Shown piece after piece: positions 9,272 to 18,439 of a stretch of DNA of 64,000 nucleotides (positions are counted from its first letter, which is position 1; each line of letters begins with the position of its first letter). The notes under the pieces were generated by a model. The model was not told where the DNA came from and did no database searches. It saw only the letters and a list, made by a program, of their open reading frames with translations. Position numbers and translations under genes: made by a program. The DNA comes from an uncultured Mageeibacillus sp. (lineage in GTDB: Bacteria > Bacillota > Clostridia > Saccharofermentanales > DTU023), in assembly GCA_964346175.1 (NCBI GenBank), contig CAYFTG010000002.1:735-64734 (forward strand), written 5' to 3'.

Positions 9272-11122
9272 ATGAAAAAGATTATCGCACTGCTACTAGT
9301 TTTAGCGCTGGCGCTATCAATAGTAGCCTGTAACGGTACTGACGAACCCGTAGTTACTGATCCACAAGGAACGGGAAGTCAAACAGCCCCCTCCACGGAT
9401 GAACCAAGTACACCAACTGAGCCTGTTGACCCAGGTGCAACAAGTATTGCTGTTTCTTTAGCTTCTGAGCCGGATACCCTAGACCCTGCTCTGAACTCAG
9501 CAGTTGACGGCGCTACCCTGATTATTCATCTTTTTTCAGGTCTAGCAAAATGGGAAACTGACGCAGACGGCAACTTTACAATCGTAGCTGATGCAGCGGA
9601 AGAACTGGTTGAAGGCGTTGCCAACGACGACGGCACTGTTACCTACACCTATACTTTGCGCGACGGCTTAAAGTGGTCAGATGGACAGGACGTCACAGCA
9701 GAAAATTTTGAATATGCATGGAAACGCGCCGCTTCAGTTGATCTGGGTGCCGACTATGGTTACATGTTTGAAGTTATAGACGGTTATGGTGAAGAACTTA
9801 ACGTTCAGGCCACCGACGAGAAAACGCTAGAAGTAACGCTGTCCAACGCAGTCCCCTACTGGGACGAGCTCCTGGCATTCCCGACTTACTTCCCCGTTCG
9901 CGAGGATGTAGTCGCTAATGAGGCTTGGGCAACTGACCCGGCAACTTACGTCTCAAACGGTCCCTACACGATGAGCTCATGGGATCACGACAGCAAAATT
10001 ACATTGCAGAAAAATCCGGATTGGTTTGATGCCGACACCATCACCATGGATACAATCGAATTCTACCTTTCCGATGACTCCAACAATATGCTCGCCAACT
10101 TCAAGAGTGGAGCCTGGCAGCTGATTGACGACGTACCGACCAATGAGATCGCTTCCTTGAAGGATGAGTATCCTGATGAATTTTTCATCCAAGGTCAGAT
10201 TGGTACCTATTACGTGTGCTGGAACGTTAATGCTAGCGTCCTGCCGGAAGGCTCCGACCTCAGTGGTGTTGAAGCAGAACTGGCTCAGGCCGAAATCCGT
10301 AATGCTATCAGCTTGCTCTTCGACCGTAATTACATCGTGGAAGATATCGCTCAAGGCGGACAGGTCCCGGCTTCATCCTTCGTAGCCATGGGTCTCACCG
10401 ATGCTGACGGCTCAGAGTTCTACCAGAACGCCGGCCCCAGCGGAGACTATCACGGTTACTTTAACGTTGATCCTTCCGAAGAAGTTATGGATGCTAACTA
10501 CAGTGAAGCACTTGAGATCTTGAAGAAGTATTATGACTTTGACGATGCGACGCAGCAATTCACCAACTTCCCCACCCTGGATTATCTCTACAATACCAGT
10601 GAGGGACATAAAGCTATCGGTGAGTACCTGCAAAGTGCCTTAGCCGGTGTTGGCATTAACATGACCATGGAAAACCAGGAATGGGCAACCTTCCTCAACA
10701 CCCGTAAAGAAGGCGACTACACAGTAGCTCGTAATGGTTGGATTGCTGACTACAATGATCCGATTACCTTGCTTGACCTGTGGACCTCCGGCTCCGGTAA
10801 CAACGACGTACAGTTCGGAAAAGGTGAGCACGCAGACGTTGCCGCTTACGACATTGACCTGACAGAGTACGGCCTTGACATCGTAGTTGAGGGTGGAACT
10901 TGGGCTGAAACCTATGATGTTGTCATCGCTCAGATCAAAGCTTCCACAGACGACGAACAGCGTTATGGTCTGATGCACGCCGCAGAAGACCTGCTCATGA
11001 GCACCGGCGCCGTTACCCCGATTTATTTCTACACTGATCTCTACATGTTGAGTGAATCAGTCAGCGGTTTCTACTCTAACCCGCTTGGCTACAAATACTT
11101 TATGTACACTTCAGTCGAATAA
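9272..11122 (+). CDS. oppA: peptide ABC transporter substrate-binding lipoprotein (family 5 SBP)
   Basis: 616 aa. Signal peptide with lipobox LALALSIVAC, then a Pro/Thr/Glu-rich linker. The body is that of a family-5 solute-binding protein (LDPALN..., TYTLRDGLKWSDG). Confidence 0.88.
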   Translation: MKKIIALLLVLALALSIVACNGTDEPVVTDPQGTGSQTAPSTDEPSTPTEPVDPGATSIAVSLASEPDTLDPALNSAVDGATLIIHLFSGLAKWETDADGNFTIVADAAEELVEGVANDDGTVTYTYTLRDGLKWSDGQDVTAENFEYAWKRAASVDLGADYGYMFEVIDGYGEELNVQATDEKTLEVTLSNAVPYWDELLAFPTYFPVREDVVANEAWATDPATYVSNGPYTMSSWDHDSKITLQKNPDWFDADTITMDTIEFYLSDDSNNMLANFKSGAWQLIDDVPTNEIASLKDEYPDEFFIQGQIGTYYVCWNVNASVLPEGSDLSGVEAELAQAEIRNAISLLFDRNYIVEDIAQGGQVPASSFVAMGLTDADGSEFYQNAGPSGDYHGYFNVDPSEEVMDANYSEALEILKKYYDFDDATQQFTNFPTLDYLYNTSEGHKAIGEYLQSALAGVGINMTMENQEWATFLNTRKEGDYTVARNGWIADYNDPITLLDLWTSGSGNNDVQFGKGEHADVAAYDIDLTEYGLDIVVEGGTWAETYDVVIAQIKASTDDEQRYGLMHAAEDLLMSTGAVTPIYFYTDLYMLSESVSGFYSNPLGYKYFMYTSVE

Positions 11123-11156
11123 AGTTTAAGTAAAAAATTACTGTTCTTTAAATACA

Positions 11157-11187
11157 GCCCCTCCTCTTTCGAGCGGAGGGGCTTTTT
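11157..11187 (+). terminator. rho-independent terminator after the opp operon
   Basis: Stem GCCCCTCC / GGAGGGGC with a 10-nt loop, followed by T5. Confidence 0.8.
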
Positions 11188-11290
11188 CGTGCCTCTCACA
11201 GTCCCTAAGGTGTCGCGTTTTCAGTCATAAAACGTTATAATAGTTACGGAAATTCGCATTAACGGATTGACATTTTGTAAAGGAGTAAAA

Positions 11291-12529
11291 ATGCTAAAAG
11301 GAAATCTTGTCTTTGGACAATCAGGAGGACCGACTTCTGTCATTAATTCAAGCGCTGCCGGCTTGCTGAGCTCGGCTTTGGCCAGCCCTGTCATTGGAGA
11401 AGTCTACGCCGCTGAACACGGAATAGTCGGGATTTTGAATGACCGGCTTTTCGACATTCGACAGGAAGACCCTGAGGAGCTGAAACTGCTTACTCAGACA
11501 CCTTCTTCCATCTTCGGATCCTGCCGACACAAACTTGCTGATTTCGATGAAGATGATAGCGATTATTATCGCATCCTCGAAATTTTTAAGAAACATAATA
11601 TCCGCTACTTTTTCTATAACGGTGGCAATGACACCATGGATACCTGTCATAAAATAAGTCAGTTTATGCAAAGGGAGGGCTATGAGTGTCGAGTGGTCGG
11701 CATTCCCAAAACGATTGATAATGACCTCTGCGGAACTGACCATTGCCCCGGCTTCGGCTCGGCAGCCAAATACGTGGCTACCAGTTTCATGGAAGTCAAA
11801 TTGGACTCACAAGTTTACAATTACCCGCAAATTATCATTGTCGAAGTAATGGGTCGTCATGCCGGCTGGCTGGCAGCTTCTTCTGTTTTAGCTGCGCACA
11901 AAGGCGCGGGTCCGGATCTGATCTATCTGCCGGAAAGAGCCTTCACGCTGGAACAGTTTGAACGCGACGTGCGCGCTGTATATGAGAAAAAGGGCGACGT
12001 AATGGTTTGCGTTTCCGAAGGCTGCCATGACGAAAACGGCAGATTTATACCGGAAATGTTTGACGACAGCAACTTGCAGACAGATGCTTTCGGGCATAAA
12101 CAACTCGGCGGAGCTGCCGATATGTTGGCCTCTTTTGTCAAGGATAAGTTCGGCGTCAAAGTTCGCGCCATTGAGTTCTCCTTGCTGCAACGCTGCGCCG
12201 CCCATATCGCTTCACCGATAGACGTCAAGGAAGCGTATGCGGCCGGTGAAACTGCTTTGCAATACGCTCTGGAGGGCCACAGCGATTTTATGATCGGATT
12301 TGAGCGCGTATCCAACGATCCCTACGAGATCAAGATGATCCGCGTTCCTCTTGAAGACTGCGCAAATCTGGAAAAGACACTTCCGGACGAATGGATTAAC
12401 GAGGCCGGTAACTTCGTGCTTCAGCCTTTTATCGACTACAGTTTGCCTCTGATACAGGGAGCAACCGAACGCAGTGAAGAGGATGGACTACCACATTTCG
12501 CCGAGCTTAAGAAAGTATTAGTCGATTAA
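11291..12529 (+). CDS. pfp: pyrophosphate-dependent 6-phosphofructokinase (PPi-PFK)
   Basis: PFK fold (FGQSGGPTSVIN). It has GGNDT where ATP-PFKs have GGDGS, so Asp occupies the position equivalent to Gly104. It also has PKTIDND with Lys where ATP-PFKs have Gly124. Both are the classical PPi-specificity markers. The start is placed at ATG 11291 (AAAGGAG RBS) rather than the ORF-track start at 11267. Confidence 0.8.
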   Translation: MLKGNLVFGQSGGPTSVINSSAAGLLSSALASPVIGEVYAAEHGIVGILNDRLFDIRQEDPEELKLLTQTPSSIFGSCRHKLADFDEDDSDYYRILEIFKKHNIRYFFYNGGNDTMDTCHKISQFMQREGYECRVVGIPKTIDNDLCGTDHCPGFGSAAKYVATSFMEVKLDSQVYNYPQIIIVEVMGRHAGWLAASSVLAAHKGAGPDLIYLPERAFTLEQFERDVRAVYEKKGDVMVCVSEGCHDENGRFIPEMFDDSNLQTDAFGHKQLGGAADMLASFVKDKFGVKVRAIEFSLLQRCAAHIASPIDVKEAYAAGETALQYALEGHSDFMIGFERVSNDPYEIKMIRVPLEDCANLEKTLPDEWINEAGNFVLQPFIDYSLPLIQGATERSEEDGLPHFAELKKVLVD

Positions 12530-12582
12530 CGTACATTCAGCTCTCAGAGGGCTTTTCTATACAAAGAAGGGAAAAATCATAC

Positions 12583-13083
12583 ATGAGCCAACAAAATGTA
12601 AGCATTGAAGAAAAACTGGATCTGAGTCTTCTCGATCCGGTTCTAGAGAAAAACAGCGGTCTCAAAGGCAGTGCTATAGCTATCTTGCAGGAAGCTCAAG
12701 AAATATACGGTTACCTGCCTTTAGAAGTGCTGGAGAAAATCTCCGAAGTAAGCAACGAGCCTCTAGCCAAACTCTATGGAGTCGCCACCTTCTACACGCA
12801 ATTTCGTATGAATCCGGTCGGCAAACACCTCATCATGCTCTGCCAAGGAACGGCTTGTCATGTAATGGGAGCCGATCGTGTCCAGCAAGCTATAGAGGAT
12901 GAGTTGGAGATTCAAAATGGTGAAACGACAGCAGATGGAGTCTTCACCTTACTGACAGTGGCCTGCTTGGGTTGTTGTTCACTTGCCCCCGTAATGATGA
13001 TTGACGGAGAGACCTACGCAAGTCTGACCTCCGATTCAGTGCGTAAGATTTTGCGCAAACTGCGAAAGGAAGCAGATGCTTAG
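12583..13083 (+). CDS. NuoE/HydC-like [2Fe-2S] thioredoxin-fold subunit of a flavin-FeS oxidoreductase complex
   Basis: 166 aa. Cys pattern CQGTACH...CLGCCSLAP is typical of the NuoE/HndA family. Confidence 0.88.
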   Translation: MSQQNVSIEEKLDLSLLDPVLEKNSGLKGSAIAILQEAQEIYGYLPLEVLEKISEVSNEPLAKLYGVATFYTQFRMNPVGKHLIMLCQGTACHVMGADRVQQAIEDELEIQNGETTADGVFTLLTVACLGCCSLAPVMMIDGETYASLTSDSVRKILRKLRKEADA

Positions 13084-13161
13084 TCTTAACGTTATTTTGA
13101 TAAATTCGCACACCACCTCCGATCCTTTGCGATCATGGTCTCAACATATAAGGAGTAATTA

Positions 13162-14922
13162 ATGAGAGTAGTTGTTGGCGCCGGTAGCTGTGGACTTGCT
13201 GCTGGAGCAGATAGCCTAGTAAAAGAACTAAAATCCAGAGACCTCGGCTCCGACACCGTGCTGGAAATCACCGGCTGTGTCGGAATGTGTTACCTCGAGC
13301 CGATTGTCGATATTTATGACGACTGCGGACAGTTGCATCGCTTTACCCAAGTCAAGCTTAAGGACCTGGATACCATCCTGGAACACTTTGATGAAGATAC
13401 CTGTGATCAGTTCAGAATCGCTGAAGACGACGAGCGCATTCTAGGCAAACAGGTACGCATCGTGCTGCGCAACTGCGGCGTGATCAATCCTGAATGCATT
13501 GATGATTACATCGCCAGCGGCGGTTACACTGCTCTGGAGCGTTGCGTAAAGGAAATGTCGCCGGAAGAAGTAATTGAAATAATCAAGGAATCCGGTCTGC
13601 GCGGTCGTGGAGGAGCAGGCTTCCCGGCATGGTTTAAATGGAACGCCGCCAGGAACGCTGCAGGAAAAGAAAAATATATGATCTGTAATGCTGACGAGGG
13701 TGATCCGGGAGCATTCATGGACCGCAGTATTCTCGAAGGCGACCCTCATGCCCTCTTAGAAGGCATGTTGATCGGCGCCTATGCAATCGGGGCAGAAACT
13801 TGCATGATCTACGTGCGAGCCGAATACCCTCTCGCAATCAAGCGCTTAAAGATTGCCATTGAACAAGCCAGAGAGCGCGGCTACCTCGGTAAGAACGTAC
13901 TAGGGGTCGAGGGTCTCAATTTCGAAATGATCATCCGTGCAGGAGCAGGAGCTTTCGTCTGTGGTGAAGAAACAGCCTTGATTGCTTCGCTTGAAGGCGA
14001 ACGCGGAATGCCTAGACTCAAACCACCCTTCCCTGCCGAACGTGGATATTTCAGAAGTCCTACAAATATCAATAACGTTGAGACTTTAGCCAACGTACCT
14101 TATATAATCGCCAAGGGACCCGAGGCCTTCACCAAATACGGTACTGAGAAAAGTCCGGGCACCAAGGTTTTTGCCCTTACAGGTAAAATCAAAAAAGGCG
14201 GCCTAGTGGAAATCCCCATGGGAACACCGTTGAAAGAAATTATCTACGATATTGGCGGCGGCATCATTGATGACCGTGAGTTGAAGGGCGTCCAGATGGG
14301 CGGTCCTTCCGGCGGCTGTATCCCGGCCTCAATGATGGATACACCGGTTGATTATGAGAACATCGTCAAGACAGGAGCTATTGTCGGTTCAGGCGGAATG
14401 GTTGTCATGGACGACAGCACCTGTATGGTTGAGATGGCACGTTTTTTCCTAGATTTCACCTGTGAAGAATCTTGCGGAAAATGCACTTATTGCAGACTGG
14501 GAACCAAGCGTATTCTAGAAATACTGGAACGCATAACCTCCGGTGACGGGCGTGCAGACGATATCGAACTACTCGAGGAAATTTGCCCCAAGGTCATGGA
14601 AGGCTCACTCTGTGGTCTCGGCCAGACAGCACCTAACCCGGTCTTGACGACTATGAAATATTTCCGTGATGAGTACGAAGCGCATTTGGATGGTAGATGT
14701 CCGGCAAAAGTGTGTCAGCCCTTGATTCACTATCATATCAATGAAAAGTGTACCGGCTGTACAATCTGTGCCCGCAACTGCCCTGTCGGCGCTATCTCAG
14801 GCGCATTGAAAGAGGATCACATTATCGATCAAGATATGTGTACAAAATGTGGTATTTGCTTTGAAAAATGCAATTTCGATGCGATTGATCTCTTGGAAGG
14901 AGCCTTTCTATGGCAAGAATAA
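13162..14922 (+). CDS. NuoF/HydB-like NAD(H)- and FMN-binding FeS subunit
   Basis: 586 aa. N-terminal thioredoxin-like 2Fe-2S region (GCVGMCYLEP), FMN/NADH site GLRGRGGAGFPAWFKW, NuoF 4Fe-4S motif ESCGKCTYCR, and two C-terminal ferredoxin-type CxxCxxCxxxCP motifs. Confidence 0.9.
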   Translation: MRVVVGAGSCGLAAGADSLVKELKSRDLGSDTVLEITGCVGMCYLEPIVDIYDDCGQLHRFTQVKLKDLDTILEHFDEDTCDQFRIAEDDERILGKQVRIVLRNCGVINPECIDDYIASGGYTALERCVKEMSPEEVIEIIKESGLRGRGGAGFPAWFKWNAARNAAGKEKYMICNADEGDPGAFMDRSILEGDPHALLEGMLIGAYAIGAETCMIYVRAEYPLAIKRLKIAIEQARERGYLGKNVLGVEGLNFEMIIRAGAGAFVCGEETALIASLEGERGMPRLKPPFPAERGYFRSPTNINNVETLANVPYIIAKGPEAFTKYGTEKSPGTKVFALTGKIKKGGLVEIPMGTPLKEIIYDIGGGIIDDRELKGVQMGGPSGGCIPASMMDTPVDYENIVKTGAIVGSGGMVVMDDSTCMVEMARFFLDFTCEESCGKCTYCRLGTKRILEILERITSGDGRADDIELLEEICPKVMEGSLCGLGQTAPNPVLTTMKYFRDEYEAHLDGRCPAKVCQPLIHYHINEKCTGCTICARNCPVGAISGALKEDHIIDQDMCTKCGICFEKCNFDAIDLLEGAFLWQE

Positions 14923-17900
14923 ATGTTACGATAAATGGCCGCAGCTTCGAGGCAGAACAAGGCCTCACCATTTTCCAAATAGCACGCGATAACGACATCT
15001 ATATTCCGACGCTTTGTCAGGATGACAAGCTGGAGAGCTATGGTTCCTGCGGTATGTGTGTCGTGGAAGTTGAAGGCAATAACAAACTTGTGCGTGCCTG
15101 TTCCACACCTGCGAGCGACAAGATGGTTATTCACACCCGCACAGAGCGTGTCACCGAATCTCGCAAAACCGCCTTGGAGCTTTTCATCACTAACCATACC
15201 GGTGATTGTAAGGCACCCTGTTCCCTCACCTGTCCTGATAATTTAGATATCCAAGGCTATGTCGGTCTCTGTGGCAACGAAGAGTACGATGCTGCACTGC
15301 GCCTGATCAAAGAGGATCTGCCTCTTCCGGCGTCTATTGGTCGCATCTGCCCGCATCCGTGCCAAACGGCCTGTCGCCGTGCTTTGATTGACGATGACAT
15401 CGAAATCAACTATCTCAAGCGTTTCGTGGCCGACCGTGATTTGAATTCAGGCTCTCCATACAAGCCGGAGCAGAAGCCCTGGACAGGCAAACATGTAGCC
15501 ATTGTCGGCGGTGGTCCCTCCGGACTGTCCGCAGCTTACTTCCTCCTGCGCGAGGGACACGACGTGACTGTCTATGACGAAAATCCTGAATTTGGCGGCA
15601 TGATGCGCTACGGCATCCCTATGTACAGACTGCCCAATGACATTATTTATCAGGAAGCGCAACTGATCGCTGATATGGGCGCAACACTCGTGCCCAATAC
15701 TAAAATTGGTCGCGATCTTTCTTTGGATTACCTGCGTGAAAACTTTGATGCAGTATATGTCGCAGTCGGCATGTGGCAGAGCATTCCTCTGGGTATTGAG
15801 GGAGAAGATCTGGCAGGTGTCTACGGCGGTATTGACTTCCTCTATGATTTCTGTGTCGGACAACCGCTACACCTAGGCAAAAAAGTAGCAGTCATCGGCG
15901 GCGGTAACACAGCCATGGACGCCGCTCGTACAGCCATCCGCATGGGTGCAGAAGAAGTCACCGTCCTTTATCGCCGCACCAAAGCTGACATGCCGGCTGA
16001 AGAGATTGAAATTATCGAAGCCGAAGAAGAAGGCATCCAGTTCAAGTTCTTAGTGACTCCGGTCTCCTTGAAGGGACAAGATGGACAGCTTCAGGGCATT
16101 ACACTGCAGAATATGCGCGCTATCCCACCAGCAAATCCGGGAGAACGCAGCAAGATTGAGCCGATTGAAGGCGAGTTTACTGAACTAGACTTGGACAGCT
16201 TAATCGTAGCTACCGGGCAGAGAACAAACTTGGCCGGTTTAGAAGACATCGCTACTGATCGCTGGGGCCTGATTGATATCGACAAGTCTACATATCAGAC
16301 ATCTCTCCCGGGCGTTTTCGCAGGCGGTGACGTAATTGACAACGGCTACAAGATTGCCATTCAGGCGATAGCTGATGCCAAGCACGCTTCTTACGTGATC
16401 TCGAATTACCTTAACGGTAAAGAAGTTAATTATGTCCCCGACTACCATGTCGTACGTACAGACGTAACACGAGAAGAGCTGCTCAAAACCTTCAGCGAAA
16501 CCGAGAGCGCAAAAATGGAGCACATGTCCCCTGCTGATCGCCGCGATAATTTCCATGAGATCGCTGCCGGATACACAGAAGTACAAGCCCAATACGAGGG
16601 TGATCGTTGTCTCGAATGCGGCTGCATGGACTACTTCGAATGTGACCTCTTTGATCAATTTAATCGCTACGATGTTGAGCCGGAGCGCTTTGCAGGTGAG
16701 ATGAGTGATTTCGATCATGACAATGATCATCCTTATATTTTGATAGATCCTAACAAATGTGTTCTCTGCGGCATGTGTGTGCGCGTCTGTGATGAAGTCA
16801 TGGGTGTGTACGCCTTGGGCCTGGCTGATCGCGGTTTTGAATCCCGCATGCTTCCGGCCGCTCATCGTCGTTTGCAGGATACCAACTGCATCTCTTGCGG
16901 GCAGTGTGTCGAGCTGTGCCCGGTAGGAGCCTTGCAGGAGCGTCGTCCCGTACATAAACAAGTACCTCTCGACAGTGTCCACACGTTTACTACCTGTGCC
17001 GGCTGCTCCTTTGGCTGTTCACAAATCCTAGAAAGCACCGGCGACATGCTGCTGAGAGCTTTACCGGTTGAAAATTGTGTTGTCTCCGGCGGCCTACTCT
17101 GCGAAAAGGGACGCTTCGAACTGGATAGATTCCTACCCTCGAACGAAAACCGCGTCAGATGTCACATGGTGCGTCATGACGGAGTATTGGAAGAAGCGAG
17201 CTTCGATGAAGCCAGCCTTTCTTTCACACGTGGTGCTCAGGCTCTCTTGGCGGTGGAAGGCGCAGACAAACTAGCAATTTCAATCTCCGACGAATATACG
17301 CTGGAAGAAATAGCTCTAATCCGCTCTTTTACTGAGTCTTATCTAGGGGATACCAAACTCTACAGCCTGGATTACAAAAAGAGTGCTTTAGAAGAACTGC
17401 TCGGAAGCGACCGCTCTCCTAACACCTTTAACGAAGTCTACTCCACTGATCTCGTGATCGTCGTGGGTGGAGACCTCTTGCAGTCCCATCCCATGATGGC
17501 GACAAAGATCCGTCATGCCATGAAGGAAGGCCTACAGCTAGGCATCATTAATACACAGGATACCCTGATGGATCAATGGACCACCGGGCTGCTCAAAGGC
17601 GACAATCTTCTCGCCTTATTAAATGAGTTCAGCGGGCCCACTTCCGAACTGGGTCAGCGCTATCGCAGCGCTAAACGAGCACTCCTTGTCTACGATAAGG
17701 ACGCTGTCAGCTATGAGGAAGAAAGCAAGTTACTCGAGATAGCTCAAGATAGCGGACACTTCGGCTCCACGGGTCAAGGGCTGATCCAGCTCAAGGCCAA
17801 CGCCAACTCTCAGGGTCTGTATGATCTTGGTGTGAGAAGCAGCCGTGAAGAACTGCTAAAAGGCATTGAAAGCGGACAAATTAAGGGCCTACTACTCTTT

Positions 17901-18248
17901 GGCGATAGTGATTTGCCGGAAGAATATGCTGCACAACTGAATTTCCTCGCTGTACAAGCTACGAAGCAATCCCCTAGTCTGTTGCAGGCAGATGTAATCT
18001 TAGCAGGCGCGGCAATAGCTGAAAAAGAAGGCCTTATCACGAGTAGCGAAGGCAGAGTGCAGGCCATTGAACGAGTTCTGGATACGGATGTAGACAGCTT
18101 TGATCAGCTCCGTTACTTCTGGCATCATTTCGATCGTTCCGACTCGGAAATAAATCTCGAAAACACACGTGAAGCTGTGGTCTTTTACAATGAAGACTAC
18201 CAGGGAATTCTTGATCCCGATCACTATGCAGTCTGGGCCAGAGCCTAG
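14910..18248 (+). CDS. fusion protein with four parts in order: a NuoG-type 2Fe-2S N-terminus, a GltD-like NAD(P)H/FAD module, 4Fe-4S domains, and a truncated molybdopterin-oxidoreductase-like domain
   Basis: 1112 aa. The 2Fe-2S region is CQDDKLESYGSCGMCVVEV. The GltD-like FeS region is CPDNLDIQGY...GRICPHPCQTACRR. Two dinucleotide folds follow: VAIVGGGPSGLSAAYFL and VAVIGGGNTAMDAAR. Then come CVLCGMCVRVC, CISCGQCVELCPVGAL and an MopB-type TCAGCSFGC cluster, followed by only about 420 aa. I found no [FeFe]-hydrogenase H-cluster motifs. The start overlaps the upstream stop by 13 nt. Confidence 0.8.
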   Translation: MARINVTINGRSFEAEQGLTIFQIARDNDIYIPTLCQDDKLESYGSCGMCVVEVEGNNKLVRACSTPASDKMVIHTRTERVTESRKTALELFITNHTGDCKAPCSLTCPDNLDIQGYVGLCGNEEYDAALRLIKEDLPLPASIGRICPHPCQTACRRALIDDDIEINYLKRFVADRDLNSGSPYKPEQKPWTGKHVAIVGGGPSGLSAAYFLLREGHDVTVYDENPEFGGMMRYGIPMYRLPNDIIYQEAQLIADMGATLVPNTKIGRDLSLDYLRENFDAVYVAVGMWQSIPLGIEGEDLAGVYGGIDFLYDFCVGQPLHLGKKVAVIGGGNTAMDAARTAIRMGAEEVTVLYRRTKADMPAEEIEIIEAEEEGIQFKFLVTPVSLKGQDGQLQGITLQNMRAIPPANPGERSKIEPIEGEFTELDLDSLIVATGQRTNLAGLEDIATDRWGLIDIDKSTYQTSLPGVFAGGDVIDNGYKIAIQAIADAKHASYVISNYLNGKEVNYVPDYHVVRTDVTREELLKTFSETESAKMEHMSPADRRDNFHEIAAGYTEVQAQYEGDRCLECGCMDYFECDLFDQFNRYDVEPERFAGEMSDFDHDNDHPYILIDPNKCVLCGMCVRVCDEVMGVYALGLADRGFESRMLPAAHRRLQDTNCISCGQCVELCPVGALQERRPVHKQVPLDSVHTFTTCAGCSFGCSQILESTGDMLLRALPVENCVVSGGLLCEKGRFELDRFLPSNENRVRCHMVRHDGVLEEASFDEASLSFTRGAQALLAVEGADKLAISISDEYTLEEIALIRSFTESYLGDTKLYSLDYKKSALEELLGSDRSPNTFNEVYSTDLVIVVGGDLLQSHPMMATKIRHAMKEGLQLGIINTQDTLMDQWTTGLLKGDNLLALLNEFSGPTSELGQRYRSAKRALLVYDKDAVSYEEESKLLEIAQDSGHFGSTGQGLIQLKANANSQGLYDLGVRSSREELLKGIESGQIKGLLLFGDSDLPEEYAAQLNFLAVQATKQSPSLLQADVILAGAAIAEKEGLITSSEGRVQAIERVLDTDVDSFDQLRYFWHHFDRSDSEINLENTREAVVFYNEDYQGILDPDHYAVWARA

Positions 18249-18290
18249 TTTAGATACTCGAGCTTAGTTTGCACAATCGTTAATCCTAAA

Positions 18291-18320
18291 GCCTCCGTTC
18301 CTCAGAGCGGAGGCTTTTTT
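18291..18320 (+). terminator. rho-independent terminator after the three-gene oxidoreductase operon
   Basis: Stem GCCTCCG / CGGAGGC with a 10-nt loop, followed by T6. Confidence 0.8.
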
Positions 18321-18439
18321 ACTCAAACTTTATTTTGGCGCTACTTGAATGATTTCTATTTTGATATTTCTCCCTTATACTAGGTACTAAGAACAGTAGT
18401 TTCGATTGAATCATCGAAAATTAGTTTAGGATTTTGTAT

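Noticed and set aside
11183-11192. TTTTTCGTGCCT following the opp terminator, which resembles the left half of the 36-nt palindromic repeat.
   Set aside because: Only about 11 nt are shared, and the palindromic partner GGCACG is absent. The segment is explained as the U-tract of the opp terminator.
16239-16982. 247-aa ORF antisense within the NuoG-GltD fusion gene, plus similar shadow ORFs at 33964-34563 (ftsH), 58390-58908 (atpG), 21678-22124 (BaiN-like), 9977-10354 (oppA) and 38170-38532 (dnaB).
   Set aside because: All are embedded in strongly supported genes on the other strand and have no recognisable domains. They are typical antisense open frames arising from codon bias.
14910-18248. 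The possibility that the large FeS subunit is an [FeFe]-hydrogenase or a formate dehydrogenase catalytic subunit.
   Set aside because: I found no H-cluster motifs (TSCCP, MPCxxK, CxxGCxxGGG). The MopB-like region after the TCAGCSFGC cluster is only about 420 aa, too short for a complete molybdopterin catalytic domain. It is therefore treated as a NuoG-like scaffold.
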